Of a stretch of 64,000 nucleotides of DNA, positions 38,419-48,748 are shown in pieces. A model generated the notes under the pieces. That model saw nothing but the letters and a program-made list of their open reading frames with translations. It was not told the origin of the DNA and searched no databases. The translations under genes were made by a program, and so were the position numbers. Location of the stretch: the NCBI GenBank assembly GCA_934149515.1, contig CAKPFD010000006.1, forward strand, positions 3,760 to 67,759. The letters are read 5' to 3'. The DNA is from an uncultured Bacilli bacterium. Its GTDB lineage: Bacteria > Bacillota_I > Bacilli_A > RF39 > UBA660. How positions within the stretch are numbered: position 1 is the stretch's first letter; each line of letters opens with the position of its first letter.

Positions 38419-38474
38419 ATCTATTATTAGCCTAAAACTTGTGCTATACTAACCAACAAAAAGGAAATAAGAAA

Positions 38475-39233
38475 ATGAATTATAAAGAAATTATAACTAA
38501 AATTGAAAACGAAAAGGTAGAAAATATTCTTCTTCTGTTAGATGAATTAAAATTATCCGATAAGCAAGTAGCAAGAATTTTTCATTATTTAGAAATGCAA
38601 CAAATTGATATCACGAAAGCTTACAGGAAAGACTATTCACTTCTTTACGAATTTTTATATCATACATCCAAAAAAGATAAAGCATACTTTCACCAACACT
38701 TAATTTATCCATTAGCTAAATTAAATATTGATAAAAACCTGCAAGAAATAATCAAGCACTTACAAATAAATACCAAGCACTTATCTTATCTTGAATCTGG
38801 TTCTTCTAATTTTGCTTTTGCTACAGAAAAATATGTTATAAAATTAGGAAATCGTCGTAAAACATTTGATTTTCCTACATTTTATCGTCTAAATCCTCTT
38901 ATTGTTCAAAAACGATTTTTCTACCATGAACAACCACTATATTTTGAAATTAGTCCAAAGTGTCAAAAAATAACATTAACAGAGGAAGATATACACGCTA
39001 TTAATGAAGATTTTCAACAAGCAAAGCTTATCTTAGGAGATCCAAATTATCAGCATAACTTCATGCTAGCTACCACAGATACATTACCTGATTTTCAAGA
39101 AATTGATGGAATCCATGAACCACTTTATCAAGAAGAAAGCAAAGCATACCAAAAAAAGAAGATCAAACTAGTTGATCTTGATTACATTTATCACCAAAAT
39201 GATAAAGAAATTACCTATGCTCCAAGAATCTAA
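38475..39233 (+). CDS. hypothetical protein (faint protein-kinase/APH-like motifs)
   Basis: Likely start MNYKEIITK after AAAGGAAA. GSSNFAFATEKYVIKLG, LGDPNYQHN and VDLDY vaguely resemble the Gly-loop, Lys, catalytic loop and DxD of CotS/APH-like kinases. Very tentative. Confidence 0.4.
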   Translation: MNYKEIITKIENEKVENILLLLDELKLSDKQVARIFHYLEMQQIDITKAYRKDYSLLYEFLYHTSKKDKAYFHQHLIYPLAKLNIDKNLQEIIKHLQINTKHLSYLESGSSNFAFATEKYVIKLGNRRKTFDFPTFYRLNPLIVQKRFFYHEQPLYFEISPKCQKITLTEEDIHAINEDFQQAKLILGDPNYQHNFMLATTDTLPDFQEIDGIHEPLYQEESKAYQKKKIKLVDLDYIYHQNDKEITYAPRI

Positions 39234-40537
39234 AAAGGCATTTTCATATTCCCATTTTGCATTTGTTTCATCATTTTTTTCATCTGTTCAAACTGGTTTA
39301 ATAATTGATTTACCTCCTGAACAGATAACCCACAGCCTTTAGCTATTCTTGTTTTTCTTGATGCTTTAATAATCGCAGGGTTTTGTCTTTCTTCCACTGT
39401 CATCGACAAGATGATCGCTTCAATATGTGCCATTTGTTTAGGTGGGATTTTAACATTTGTTAAACCCATTTTTTTTGCCCCTGGAATTAGTTTTAATAAA
39501 TTTTCAAGAGGTCCTAACTTTTTCATCTGTTTTAATGTTGATAGAAAGTCTTCCAAATCAAACTTTCCTTCTTGCATTCTCTTTGCTGTTTTTTCAGCTT
39601 CTTTTTCATCAATAGCAGCTTGTGCTTGTTCCACTAATGAAACAATATCACCCATTCCTAAAATTCTACCAGCCATTCGTTCTGGATCAAAAGTATCAAT
39701 TCCATCCATCTTTTCACTAGTACCAATAAATTTAATTGGAACATTAGTCAAATGACGAACAGATAAAGCAACACCACCTCTCGTATCACCATCTAATTTT
39801 GTTAAAACAACACCAGTTAATGGTAATCTATCATGAAAACCTTGAATGACATGAATTGCATCTTGACCCATCATAGCATCAATAACTAATAAAGTTTCAA
39901 GCGGATGAACAGTCTTTTCAATATTTTCTAATTCTTCCATTAATGGTTCATCAATTTGCAAACGTCCGGCCGTATCAATTAATACATAATCATATTGATG
40001 TTCTTTCGCATAAGCAATGGCATGTTCACTAATAGAAACAGGATCTTCTTTTCCTTCACTATAAACTTCAATATTTAGTTGTTTTCCCAACTGTTGTAAT
40101 TGAGAAATCGCAGCAGGGCGATAAACATCACAAGCAACCAACAATGGTTTTTTATGATATTTTTTTCGTAAATAATTAGCAAGTTTTGCAATCGTTGTTG
40201 TTTTACCAGATCCTTGCAATCCAACTAACATTAATACACAAGGAGCACCATCAAGTGCTAATGGAACTTGTTCGCCACCCAATAAAGAAACCAATTCATC
40301 TTTTACAATTTTAACAAATAAATCTCCTGGTTTAATACTTTTTTGAACTTCTTCCCCTAAAGCTTTCTGTTGCACATTAGCGGTAAATTCCTTAACAACC
40401 TTATAATTAACATCTGCTTCCAATAAAGCAAGACGAATTTCCTTCATCATATCAGAAATATTATCTTCTGTTATTTTTCCATAACCTTTCATTTTATGGA
40501 TAGCATTTTGTAATCTATCTCCTAAGTTTTCAAACAT
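39230..40537 (-). CDS. ffh: signal recognition particle protein Ffh
   Basis: N/G domains (GLQGSGKTTT, DTAGR, TKLDGD) and Met-rich M domain. Confidence 0.96.
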   Translation of the reverse strand: MFENLGDRLQNAIHKMKGYGKITEDNISDMMKEIRLALLEADVNYKVVKEFTANVQQKALGEEVQKSIKPGDLFVKIVKDELVSLLGGEQVPLALDGAPCVLMLVGLQGSGKTTTIAKLANYLRKKYHKKPLLVACDVYRPAAISQLQQLGKQLNIEVYSEGKEDPVSISEHAIAYAKEHQYDYVLIDTAGRLQIDEPLMEELENIEKTVHPLETLLVIDAMMGQDAIHVIQGFHDRLPLTGVVLTKLDGDTRGGVALSVRHLTNVPIKFIGTSEKMDGIDTFDPERMAGRILGMGDIVSLVEQAQAAIDEKEAEKTAKRMQEGKFDLEDFLSTLKQMKKLGPLENLLKLIPGAKKMGLTNVKIPPKQMAHIEAIILSMTVEERQNPAIIKASRKTRIAKGCGLSVQEVNQLLNQFEQMKKMMKQMQNGNMKMPF

Positions 40538-40578
40538 TTTATCACCTTTTCTATATATCTATTATAACGAACAACCAA

Positions 40579-40610
40579 AGAAAAAAAAAGAATTTTTACG
40601 GTATTCTTTT
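40579..40610 (-). terminator. intrinsic terminator after 40609..41358
   Basis: aagaat/attctt stem, followed on the minus strand by a 9-10 nt T-run. Confidence 0.55.
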
Positions 40611-41358
40611 ATTTTGATGTTGGTATTTCTAAATTTTCCACTTTACCATAATCATAAAAGGTAAGTTGAATCTGACAAGTAACTGGTTGTTTATAAACAA
40701 AACTAGCATAAGGACTAATATCATAAATGATGGATGCAACATCTTGATTTGAATCTACTTCTACCTCAATTTGATTAGGTGTATCAGCAATGTCAATCAC
40801 TTCTCCATCTAAGATTTTTGTAAGTGTTGGTGTACTGATTTGATAATGATAAATCGTATTAGCTTCACTATAGACCGTTTTTGAAATAAGCGTTGCTTGA
40901 TTAAGGATAGATTGCATATATTTATAAATAGATAAATTAGCAAATAAATAAGGTTGTGTTGCCACTTGATATTTTCCTTGTTCTACCTCTTGTATGACAA
41001 TACTACCATATAAAAAGTAATGAATTAATTGCTGATTATCACGAACAATCAAATCCGTCCTGGAAGAATTAGTCTTCCCTTCAAAAAGTTTTTCTTGACC
41101 ATTCCATACTTCTTTTCGTGAAAAATAATAATTTCCCTGTTTAATTTTATCTAATTTATATTGAACAGAAACATTTTTAGAAGTGGTTGTTGCAGCATCT
41201 GTTTGTTTTTTAGAAACATTAGAACGTAAACTTACAATTAATAAAGCAAAGAAAATAGCATATGCACCTAAAAACAAAATAGATCGACTCTGTTGATTGT
41301 GAAATAAACTCTTTATAACTTTTAATATAGATCTCTTTTTTGGTTCTTCTTTTTTCAT
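40609..41358 (-). CDS. hypothetical membrane-anchored protein
   Basis: N-terminal TM (ILFLGAYAIFFALLIVSL). No recognised domain. Confidence 0.55.
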   Translation of the reverse strand: MKKEEPKKRSILKVIKSLFHNQQSRSILFLGAYAIFFALLIVSLRSNVSKKQTDAATTTSKNVSVQYKLDKIKQGNYYFSRKEVWNGQEKLFEGKTNSSRTDLIVRDNQQLIHYFLYGSIVIQEVEQGKYQVATQPYLFANLSIYKYMQSILNQATLISKTVYSEANTIYHYQISTPTLTKILDGEVIDIADTPNQIEVEVDSNQDVASIIYDISPYASFVYKQPVTCQIQLTFYDYGKVENLEIPTSK

Positions 41359-41365
41359 ATTCCAC

Positions 41366-42310
41366 CTATTTTAATACTTTTCCTAATAAGTCCTCTTTGT
41401 TAACACCATTTAAAAAATCTTTTACCAAGCATCTTTTCTTTCCAGCCAAAGCAATTTCTGTTAAAATAATCTCACCTTGATCTGCTACGACACAAATTCC
41501 ATCTTTTTCAAAACCAACAATTGTACCAGCTTCTGTTTGAAAGTAATTACGATGACCGATTCTTACATCATATACTTTCATAATCGTACCATCTAATGTT
41601 GTATACGCACATGGAACAGGATATAGTCCTCTTACTAAGCGATCAATTTCCTCTTTAGAACGATGAAAATTAATTTTTTCTTCTTCTCTTGTAATATTAT
41701 AACCATACGTTACTTCATCAACATTTTGTGGTATAGCTTTTATAGTTTGAGAAAACACATCAGGCAAAGTAGATAGTAACAATTCTTTCCCCATTTCACT
41801 CAAACGATGCTGTAAACTCTCTAGTGTATCAGAAGAAGTAATCGTCGTTTTAGCTTGTGTTAAAATATCTCCAGCATCCATCTTTTCACTCATATACATA
41901 ATGGTAATACCAGTTTCTTGATAACCATCTATAATGGCATGATGAATAGGTGCTCCCCCTCTTAGTTTTGGTAAAAGAGAAGCATGAACATTAATACAAC
42001 CATATCTTGGATATTCTAAAAGCTCTTTTGGAAGTATTTGTCCATAAGCACAAGTAACAATCATATCTGGTTTTAAATCTAAAATAGCTTGATAACTATC
42101 TTTTATATTGGTTGGTTGAAAAATAGGTATATTAAAAAATGCACTACAAGCTTTCACTGGTGTTGGTGTTAAAATTTGTTTTCTTCCAATTTTTTTATCC
42201 GGCTGACTAACCACTAAAATAACATGATACTTCTCAATTAATCCTTTTAATATTGGAACTGCAAATGAAGGCGTTCCCATAAATACAATTTTTTTCTCTT
42301 GATGATTCAT
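41366..42310 (-). CDS. fmt: methionyl-tRNA formyltransferase
   Basis: FMGTPSFAVP, HASLLPKLRGGAPIHHAI and the C-terminal Fmt domain. Confidence 0.93.
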   Translation of the reverse strand: MNHQEKKIVFMGTPSFAVPILKGLIEKYHVILVVSQPDKKIGRKQILTPTPVKACSAFFNIPIFQPTNIKDSYQAILDLKPDMIVTCAYGQILPKELLEYPRYGCINVHASLLPKLRGGAPIHHAIIDGYQETGITIMYMSEKMDAGDILTQAKTTITSSDTLESLQHRLSEMGKELLLSTLPDVFSQTIKAIPQNVDEVTYGYNITREEEKINFHRSKEEIDRLVRGLYPVPCAYTTLDGTIMKVYDVRIGHRNYFQTEAGTIVGFEKDGICVVADQGEIILTEIALAGKKRCLVKDFLNGVNKEDLLGKVLK

Positions 42311-42313
42311 CTT

Positions 42314-43519
42314 TTACCTCCCAAAATATTGTAACAAAATAAGTAATGTCATTCCAAGACTAATATTCAACAATCCAAACAAAGCAACAATAGAAGCATA
42401 ACCATAACTAAAAGAAAAACGATATGGTAATATTTCTTCTTGCTCTTCTTCTACAATTTTTATTGATTGCTTTGGTACAATAAGTTTTACTTTCTTTTCC
42501 TTTTTCTTAATAAAAACATAATCAGGTAAGGCTGCAATTGTAAAGTCTTGGTTTGAAATCAATTGATAACAACGAATAACAGAATAACGACTATCAATAA
42601 TTCTAGCAATAGAAATAGATAAAGCTTCTTTTTCTGATAAAGTATAAATTTCATCGATTTCTTTTAAATGATTCTTTTTTAATGAACTTCTTTTAATCAT
42701 AGCAATACAAGGTGTTAAATTAGAAGCATCTGCCATATCCCATTGGCGTTGAAAAGCAGCTAAAACTTGTTGTTTTTCTCTAGGACTACAATGAATATGA
42801 TCACAAATCTTCTCTAAGTTTTCAAAACACAACTCTTTATCCTTCAAATAATAAGCATCTTGGTAATATCCTTTTTTTTGATAGTATTTACTACTAGAAC
42901 TAAGCATTGCTAAATAAGAAGGACAAGAAATAGCTGCATAATAACTAAGTGCCGGAGAATCTGTTAATGGAATATAAGATTTATTTTCTAAAGATTCATC
43001 TGGTATAAAATCTTGATATTGATGGTTTGAAAAAATATAATCTATCTTTTTCATATCCATAATAGGTGGTTGTAAGTAAGAAGGATGAATTCCTTTTTCT
43101 TGCAATTGTTCTTTTATTGAAGAAGGAAAGCTATAAAAGAAATAACCATTAACAATATAATTCTCATAAATATAGTGTAATATTTGTTTTTTATTTTCAG
43201 TACTTGTATCATTTTCTAAACCTAGTTGATAACAAACATGTTTTCCTAATAATTCATGCAAATAAATGACAAATTCCTGTAAAGAAGTTGTAGAAAATAC
43301 TTTTCTTTTAATATCAGAAACTGCCTCTAGTAAAAAATCATCACTAGGAATAATCAGATCATATTTGATAAAAAAGTCAATCAAAGTAACCATTACGTAT
43401 TGATTATACGCATATTTTTGTTCTTTTGTAGAAATATTTGAGACTTGATAGAATGTATGTTTATTTTCTAGTACTTGATGTAAAAGTTGTTTTAATTCTG
43501 GTAGTTGAAAAATATCCAC
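42314..43519 (-). CDS. hypothetical protein with C-terminal TM anchor
   Basis: 401 aa, Tyr-rich, no recognised motif. C-terminal hydrophobic helix. Confidence 0.55.
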   Translation of the reverse strand: MDIFQLPELKQLLHQVLENKHTFYQVSNISTKEQKYAYNQYVMVTLIDFFIKYDLIIPSDDFLLEAVSDIKRKVFSTTSLQEFVIYLHELLGKHVCYQLGLENDTSTENKKQILHYIYENYIVNGYFFYSFPSSIKEQLQEKGIHPSYLQPPIMDMKKIDYIFSNHQYQDFIPDESLENKSYIPLTDSPALSYYAAISCPSYLAMLSSSSKYYQKKGYYQDAYYLKDKELCFENLEKICDHIHCSPREKQQVLAAFQRQWDMADASNLTPCIAMIKRSSLKKNHLKEIDEIYTLSEKEALSISIARIIDSRYSVIRCYQLISNQDFTIAALPDYVFIKKKEKKVKLIVPKQSIKIVEEEQEEILPYRFSFSYGYASIVALFGLLNISLGMTLLILLQYFGR

Positions 43520-43552
43520 TCCATCTCACCACCTTACTTTTCTTCATTATAG

Positions 43553-43582
43553 CAAAAAAAAAGAGCAATGACAAACTCTTTT
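43553..43582 (-). terminator. intrinsic terminator after the HerA-like ATPase
   Basis: aaagag/ctcttt stem, then a 9-nt T-run on the minus strand. Confidence 0.5.
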
Positions 43583-43667
43583 CTTCTAGCAACAATAAAC
43601 TTTTAAACAAACCCAATCTTCATACATTATCTCTATTAAAGAACAGTCTTCATTTTCTTAGATAAGA

Positions 43668-45530
43668 TTATAATAATGTTGGCGTTTGCTCCTGATTAAA
43701 ACTGAAATTTGGCATTGTTGCTGGTGCTGGTGGTGTTGTTTGTGTATTTGGCATAACAGTTGGTTGTTCGGTGGTATTTCCATTCCATTTTGTAACCACA
43801 TCACAGTTACCACTACTAGGTTCTGGTGATGGCATTTCTAATCGTATAATCAATGGGATTTTAAATGCTCTACCAAACGCAAGACAAGTACCAGATTGTA
43901 AGCTTTTTTGTTTTTCCACAATTTCTACAGAAATATTTGGTACCATCTTTTTAATATAATCAACATCTGTTGGATGGTTAATTTTAAAGATTAAAAAGTT
44001 TGAACATTGAGAAATAACAGTATCAGATAATTCCACAGGTCGTTGAGAAATAAGTCCTAATAACAATCCATATTTTCTACCCTCTTTGGCAATTCTTTCA
44101 AAAATATTATAACCAAATAAGAATCTATCTGTATCATTTTGAATATAACGATGTGCTTCTTCTACAAAAATATGGAAAGGAATACTTGCCTTTTGTTTTA
44201 AACTTTTTGTAAATTCAAATAATAAACGTGAATAAATTTTTGTAATAGATTTAGCAAGTTCATCATCAATATCATCTAAGTTGATATTAACAATCTGATA
44301 CTTAATTCCCCTTTGAACAAATAAAGATGACAAATAATTATCTAAAGAAATATATTGCCCAGTTGGAGATTGAAAATATTTTGCATTATCAGAAGTAATT
44401 AAAGAATGTAAACGCACTTTTAAAGTAATGGCATCGCCGTAAGTATTTTCATTTCGCAACCAACCTTCACTAATCAAAGTAAAATTCAACGCTTTTTCCA
44501 AGTCTTCTAACGTATAAAAACAATCTTTTTTAGGTTCATATCGATCATATTCTTCATGAATAAAACTAGATACATATTCTGTCAATAAAACACTTTCTGA
44601 AAATTGACCATGGGAATCAATCAAAAAACATTCTCTAAATTTGCGTGTATATCCAATTCCTTGTACTGGTGATTCTAATTGAAATTCATCTGTAGAACAA
44701 CTAGCTAAAATAGAAAATATTTCATCTCGTTTATTAGGTGCTGTTTGATTGGTATAAAGAATCGTCATAATCGCTTTAGCAATCAAATGATTTTTATACT
44801 TTTTAACAGCATCTCCTGTTTCTGAAAACATTCTAGCTAATTTAATCATTCTCTCAATAATTGGTAATTGAGAATGTGTATTAACTTGCAATAATAATGC
44901 TAAATCAACTTCATTTAATAGATGAATTGGCAATTTTAACAACTCATTTCCATCCATTTCATTTGTTGTAATAAAACGATAATGATAATTCGGATCGATT
45001 TGATTTAAATCTTTAAAAGCATGATAATATTCTCCAGAAGAATCAAATAACAAAAAATTAGCTCGATAAGGAAATAACTGTTTATCCAAAAACATATTTT
45101 GAATAATTCTAGAAACTCCACAAGATTTACCACTGCCACTATTACCAAAAATAGCAAAATGATTACTAAAAAATGAACCAACATCAAAATAAACCTTTGT
45201 ATCATTATAAAATGGACTCATTCCCATTAAGACGTAACCCGGTTGATGTTGTCCAACAATCATTGGAATTTCATTTTGTTCAATCACACGAATACTAGCA
45301 CTCATCATTGGTTTTCTAAGAACACCACCAACTAATCTTCCATTGACAATCTCTCCTAAAAAACGAACCTTCAAAACACCATCTTTTATATCATCTACTT
45401 CTGCCAACACTTTTTTATCAGGATCTTCAAAAACAAGATGTAAATTCATAAAGTTATAACTTTCTAAGGCAGTAGTTGCTAATTTTACCTCTGCGCTTTG
45501 ATCACTCATACAAATAATTTTTTCAAACAT
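43668..45530 (-). CDS. HerA/FtsK-superfamily (DUF87-like) P-loop ATPase
   Basis: N-terminal beta-barrel-like region, Walker A FGNSGSGKS, Walker B IFVEEAHRY, and a Pro/Thr-rich C-terminal tail. The ATG overlaps the ylxM stop (TAATG). Confidence 0.7.
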   Translation of the reverse strand: MFEKIICMSDQSAEVKLATTALESYNFMNLHLVFEDPDKKVLAEVDDIKDGVLKVRFLGEIVNGRLVGGVLRKPMMSASIRVIEQNEIPMIVGQHQPGYVLMGMSPFYNDTKVYFDVGSFFSNHFAIFGNSGSGKSCGVSRIIQNMFLDKQLFPYRANFLLFDSSGEYYHAFKDLNQIDPNYHYRFITTNEMDGNELLKLPIHLLNEVDLALLLQVNTHSQLPIIERMIKLARMFSETGDAVKKYKNHLIAKAIMTILYTNQTAPNKRDEIFSILASCSTDEFQLESPVQGIGYTRKFRECFLIDSHGQFSESVLLTEYVSSFIHEEYDRYEPKKDCFYTLEDLEKALNFTLISEGWLRNENTYGDAITLKVRLHSLITSDNAKYFQSPTGQYISLDNYLSSLFVQRGIKYQIVNINLDDIDDELAKSITKIYSRLLFEFTKSLKQKASIPFHIFVEEAHRYIQNDTDRFLFGYNIFERIAKEGRKYGLLLGLISQRPVELSDTVISQCSNFLIFKINHPTDVDYIKKMVPNISVEIVEKQKSLQSGTCLAFGRAFKIPLIIRLEMPSPEPSSGNCDVVTKWNGNTTEQPTVMPNTQTTPPAPATMPNFSFNQEQTPTLL

Positions 45531-45844
45531 TATTCTTCTCCTATTTCTTCATCTAATATTTTTTGAATTTTTTCTTTAATAACATCATTATCTATTTGCT
45601 GTAGCAACTGTTCTAATTTTTTCATCTTCCTAGCAACATGCAAAATGGCTTCATAATGTTCTAATTTAGAAACAGCCATTTTAATTTGCTTATGAACAGC
45701 ATTCCTACTGACATTTGCTTGCTGTGCAATTTCTGCTAATGATAAATTTAAAAAATAATAATCTTGAAAATAACGTTGTTGCTGTTCTGTTAACAATTTA
45801 CCATATAAATCAAATAAAACCGTATAATAAACAACTTCTTCCAT
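45530..45844 (-). CDS. ylxM: YlxM/UPF0122 SRP-associated HTH protein
   Basis: LLTEQQQRYFQDYYFLNLSLAEIAQQANVSRNAVHKQIK is typical YlxM. Confidence 0.88.
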   Translation of the reverse strand: MEEVVYYTVLFDLYGKLLTEQQQRYFQDYYFLNLSLAEIAQQANVSRNAVHKQIKMAVSKLEHYEAILHVARKMKKLEQLLQQIDNDVIKEKIQKILDEEIGEE

Positions 45845-46141
45845 TTACATCACCAACTTTAAAATATAAAGAATCAAAATAAAAATTCCAATGCCTAAAT
45901 AAAGAAGTGTCACGTTTTTTCGTTTGAAAACAAAAATATTATTTATACCCATAACAATAAGTGTCACTCCTAAAAGAAGTTGAAAATAAGATAATAATTG
46001 AAATTGAAAAAGTGTAACAACACCCAAAACAAGAAGTGCTATTGTTAAAAGAAATTGTAACCAAAGGAATAATGTAAGAAAGGAAAATCCTCCTTTCTTT
46101 TGGTTAATTGATACCTGCTTTACCTGCTTTTTATTCTTCAT
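45845..46141 (-). CDS. small membrane protein
   Basis: The track ORF extends into ftsY. The likely start is MKNKKQ (ATG 46141) after GGAGG. Three TM segments. Confidence 0.5.
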   Translation of the reverse strand: MKNKKQVKQVSINQKKGGFSFLTLFLWLQFLLTIALLVLGVVTLFQFQLLSYFQLLLGVTLIVMGINNIFVFKRKNVTLLYLGIGIFILILYILKLVM

Positions 46142-47138
46142 TTTCATCCTCCAAAAATCCTTTAAATAATCCATAAATATATTTTTCAATATCAAATTCT
46201 TGCAAATCTTCTGCACGTTCTCCAAAACCAACAAACTTTACAGGTACATGAACACTTTCTTTAATAGCAAGAACAATACCACCCTTTGCTGTTCCATCAA
46301 GTTTTGTTAACACAATGCCAGTTAGTGGTGTTATTTCTTTAAAAGCTTTCGCTTGAGCAATACCATTTTGACCAGTTGATGCATCAATCACAAGTAATGT
46401 TTCATGTGGTGCCCCTGGTAAAATCTTACCAATAACACGATTCATTTTTTCTAACTCTCTCATCAAATAATCTTTATTCTGTAAACGACCTGCTGTATCA
46501 ATCAAAATAATATCAACATTTTCCTCTAATCCTTTTTCAATTCCTTCATAAATGACACTAGAAGGATCTGCTCCTTCTTCTTTTCCATAGAAAGAAACAC
46601 CAACTTTTTCACTCCATTGATGAAGTTGTTCACAAGCACCAGCTCTAAATGTATCTCCTGCAATTAACAAAACTTTTTTGCCCATTTTTTTATATTTAAA
46701 AGCTAATTTAGCAATTGTCGTTGTCTTCCCAACGCCATTCACACCAACAAATAAATACACAGATGGTCCATTTTCATTTACAGCAAGACGACAAGATAGA
46801 ACTTCCCCATGAACATAAATCACAAATAACTCATCAATAATATATTCTTTTAATTCCTTAGGATCTTCTATTTTTTCTTCTTTTACTCTAACACGCAATT
46901 TATCCATAAAATCCATGACTGTAGCAACACCAATATCCGCCATAATTAAAATCTCTTCTAACTCTTCAAAATAAGCTTCATCGATCTTATGATGACGTTT
47001 CGTTAAATCAGTTAAAAAAGAAGAAAACTGCTTTCTACTTTTCTGCAAGCCTTTTTCATAAATTTCAATACTCTCTTTTTCCGTTTGTTCTTGTTCTTTT
47101 CCTTTAAATTTTGATTTTAATTTATCTAAAAATCCCAT
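46131..47138 (-). CDS. ftsY: SRP receptor FtsY
   Basis: GVNGVGKTTT, DTAGR and TKLDGTAKGG motifs. Confidence 0.95.
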   Translation of the reverse strand: MGFLDKLKSKFKGKEQEQTEKESIEIYEKGLQKSRKQFSSFLTDLTKRHHKIDEAYFEELEEILIMADIGVATVMDFMDKLRVRVKEEKIEDPKELKEYIIDELFVIYVHGEVLSCRLAVNENGPSVYLFVGVNGVGKTTTIAKLAFKYKKMGKKVLLIAGDTFRAGACEQLHQWSEKVGVSFYGKEEGADPSSVIYEGIEKGLEENVDIILIDTAGRLQNKDYLMRELEKMNRVIGKILPGAPHETLLVIDASTGQNGIAQAKAFKEITPLTGIVLTKLDGTAKGGIVLAIKESVHVPVKFVGFGERAEDLQEFDIEKYIYGLFKGFLEDENEE

Positions 47139-47189
47139 AATATTATCACCATTTATAGTGTATCATAGATAGATTGCTTTTTCCAAGGA

Positions 47190-47222
47190 AAACAAAAGGA
47201 AAAAGCGCTAATAAACGCTTTT
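47190..47222 (-). terminator. intrinsic terminator after the ABC importer operon
   Basis: aaaagcg/cgctttt stem, followed on the minus strand by a T-rich tract. Confidence 0.55.
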
Positions 47223-48009
47223 AATAAAATCTTTTTTCGAATAAACAAACAAGATAATAGAAAGAAAATGACAAAGTACCTAAAATAAAAATAGCAGCAA
47301 TAACTAAATTGATATTAAATACTTGTGTTCCATACATAATAAGATATCCTAAACCTTTTTTAGAAACCAATAACTCTCCCATAATAACACCAATGAAAAC
47401 CATACTGATATTAATTTTTAAATGATTGATAATATTTTTAATATTAGATGGCAAGACCACTTTAAAAAAGATTTCTCTTTTACTAGCATGAAAACTTTCT
47501 AAAAGTAAAATATAACTCTTATCCGTCTTTTTAAAATCATGATAAATATTGATAATACATACAAAAAGAGAGATCAATAAAGCCATAAAAATAATAGAAT
47601 TTATATCTGCTCCAACCCAAATAATAATAAGTGGTCCAAGTGCAACTTTTGGTAATGAATTTAAAACAGTTAAATAAGGATCTAGTACTTTAGCTAAAAA
47701 TGGATGCCACCATAATAAAATAGAAATTAAAAATCCTAATGCCGAAACAAAGACAAAGCTAATAATCGTTTCATATAAAGTAACGGCAACATGTAAAAAT
47801 AAATGATAGTTTTTTACTAAAGAATAAAATGTTTTGATAACTAAACTAGGACTAGAAGCTAAAAATGTATTGATAAGATGAAAAGAAGCTGCTACTTCCC
47901 ATAAACATAAGAAGAAACAAAGAAGAAAAACTTGCCAAAAAAGGATCCATCTTTTACGCCTTTTTTTCTTTTTTAAATATGCTAAATGCTCTTTACTATA
48001 TGTGGACAT
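47221..48009 (-). CDS. ABC transporter permease (NitT/TauT-type)
   Basis: Six TM segments; BPD-type permease positioned after the ATPase. Confidence 0.8.
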   Translation of the reverse strand: MSTYSKEHLAYLKKKKRRKRWILFWQVFLLCFFLCLWEVAASFHLINTFLASSPSLVIKTFYSLVKNYHLFLHVAVTLYETIISFVFVSALGFLISILLWWHPFLAKVLDPYLTVLNSLPKVALGPLIIIWVGADINSIIFMALLISLFVCIINIYHDFKKTDKSYILLLESFHASKREIFFKVVLPSNIKNIINHLKINISMVFIGVIMGELLVSKKGLGYLIMYGTQVFNINLVIAAIFILGTLSFSFYYLVCLFEKRFY

Positions 48010-48748
48010 CTAAATCCCTCCAAATCTTATCATAATACACATTAAACTGACTATTCTTTCGATTTTCCATTGGTGTAGATGAGATTGGAAATTCAATAGA
48101 GTAAATTTTTTTAATCGTACAAGGTCTTTTCGTTAAAACAACAACTTCATCCGATAAACTAACCGCTTCTCCTAAATCATGAGTTACCATCAAAACAGTC
48201 TTACCAGATTGCTTAATCATTTTATATACATCTTCTGCTAACGCTAACCTAGTCATGGCATCAAGTGCAGAAAATGGTTCATCTAAAAGTAAGATATCAG
48301 GGCGAATAGCTAACGTACGAATCAACGCAGCCCTTTGTCGCATTCCACCTGATAAACTATCTGGATACTTATCCATAAACTCTCCTAAACCATACATTTT
48401 AAGTAAAGAAATAACATAATTTTTATTTTCTTCTGTCACTTCATGATATAATTCTAAACCAAGTAAACAATTATCTAAGATCGTTCGCCATGGAAATAAA
48501 CTATCGTTTTGTAACATATACCCAATACGAATATTTGGATCAGCAAAAGAAATGCTACCAGAAGATGCTTGCTCTAAAGAAGCTAAAATAGATAGTAATG
48601 TACTTTTGCCGCAACCAGATGGTCCAACAATAGAGATAAATTTTCCCTTTTCTACAGTAAAAGAAATATCATCAATTGCTTTTATTTCTAAAGTGTTATC
48701 TTGATAGTTTTTTTGAAGATGTGATATAGATACAATATTTTTTATCAT
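47996..48748 (-). CDS. ABC transporter ATP-binding protein (NitT/TauT-type)
   Basis: GPSGCGKST, LSGGMRQR and LLLDEPFSALD. Confidence 0.9.
   Translation of the reverse strand: MIKNIVSISHLQKNYQDNTLEIKAIDDISFTVEKGKFISIVGPSGCGKSTLLSILASLEQASSGSISFADPNIRIGYMLQNDSLFPWRTILDNCLLGLELYHEVTEENKNYVISLLKMYGLGEFMDKYPDSLSGGMRQRAALIRTLAIRPDILLLDEPFSALDAMTRLALAEDVYKMIKQSGKTVLMVTHDLGEAVSLSDEVVVLTKRPCTIKKIYSIEFPISSTPMENRKNSQFNVYYDKIWRDLDVHI

Noticed and set aside
42314-45530. HerA-like ATPase plus the 401-aa neighbour as a two-gene defence system
   Set aside because: A 148-nt gap with a hairpin plus 9-T terminator (43553-43582) separates them. The 401-aa gene is instead tightly linked to fmt. No nuclease, Sir2 or other effector motif is recognisable in the 401-aa protein.
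46142-46234. N-terminal extension of ORF 45845..46234 overlapping ftsY by about 100 nt
   Set aside because: An internal ATG at 46141 with GGAGG at proper spacing gives a start just at the ftsY stop. The extension is probably not translated.
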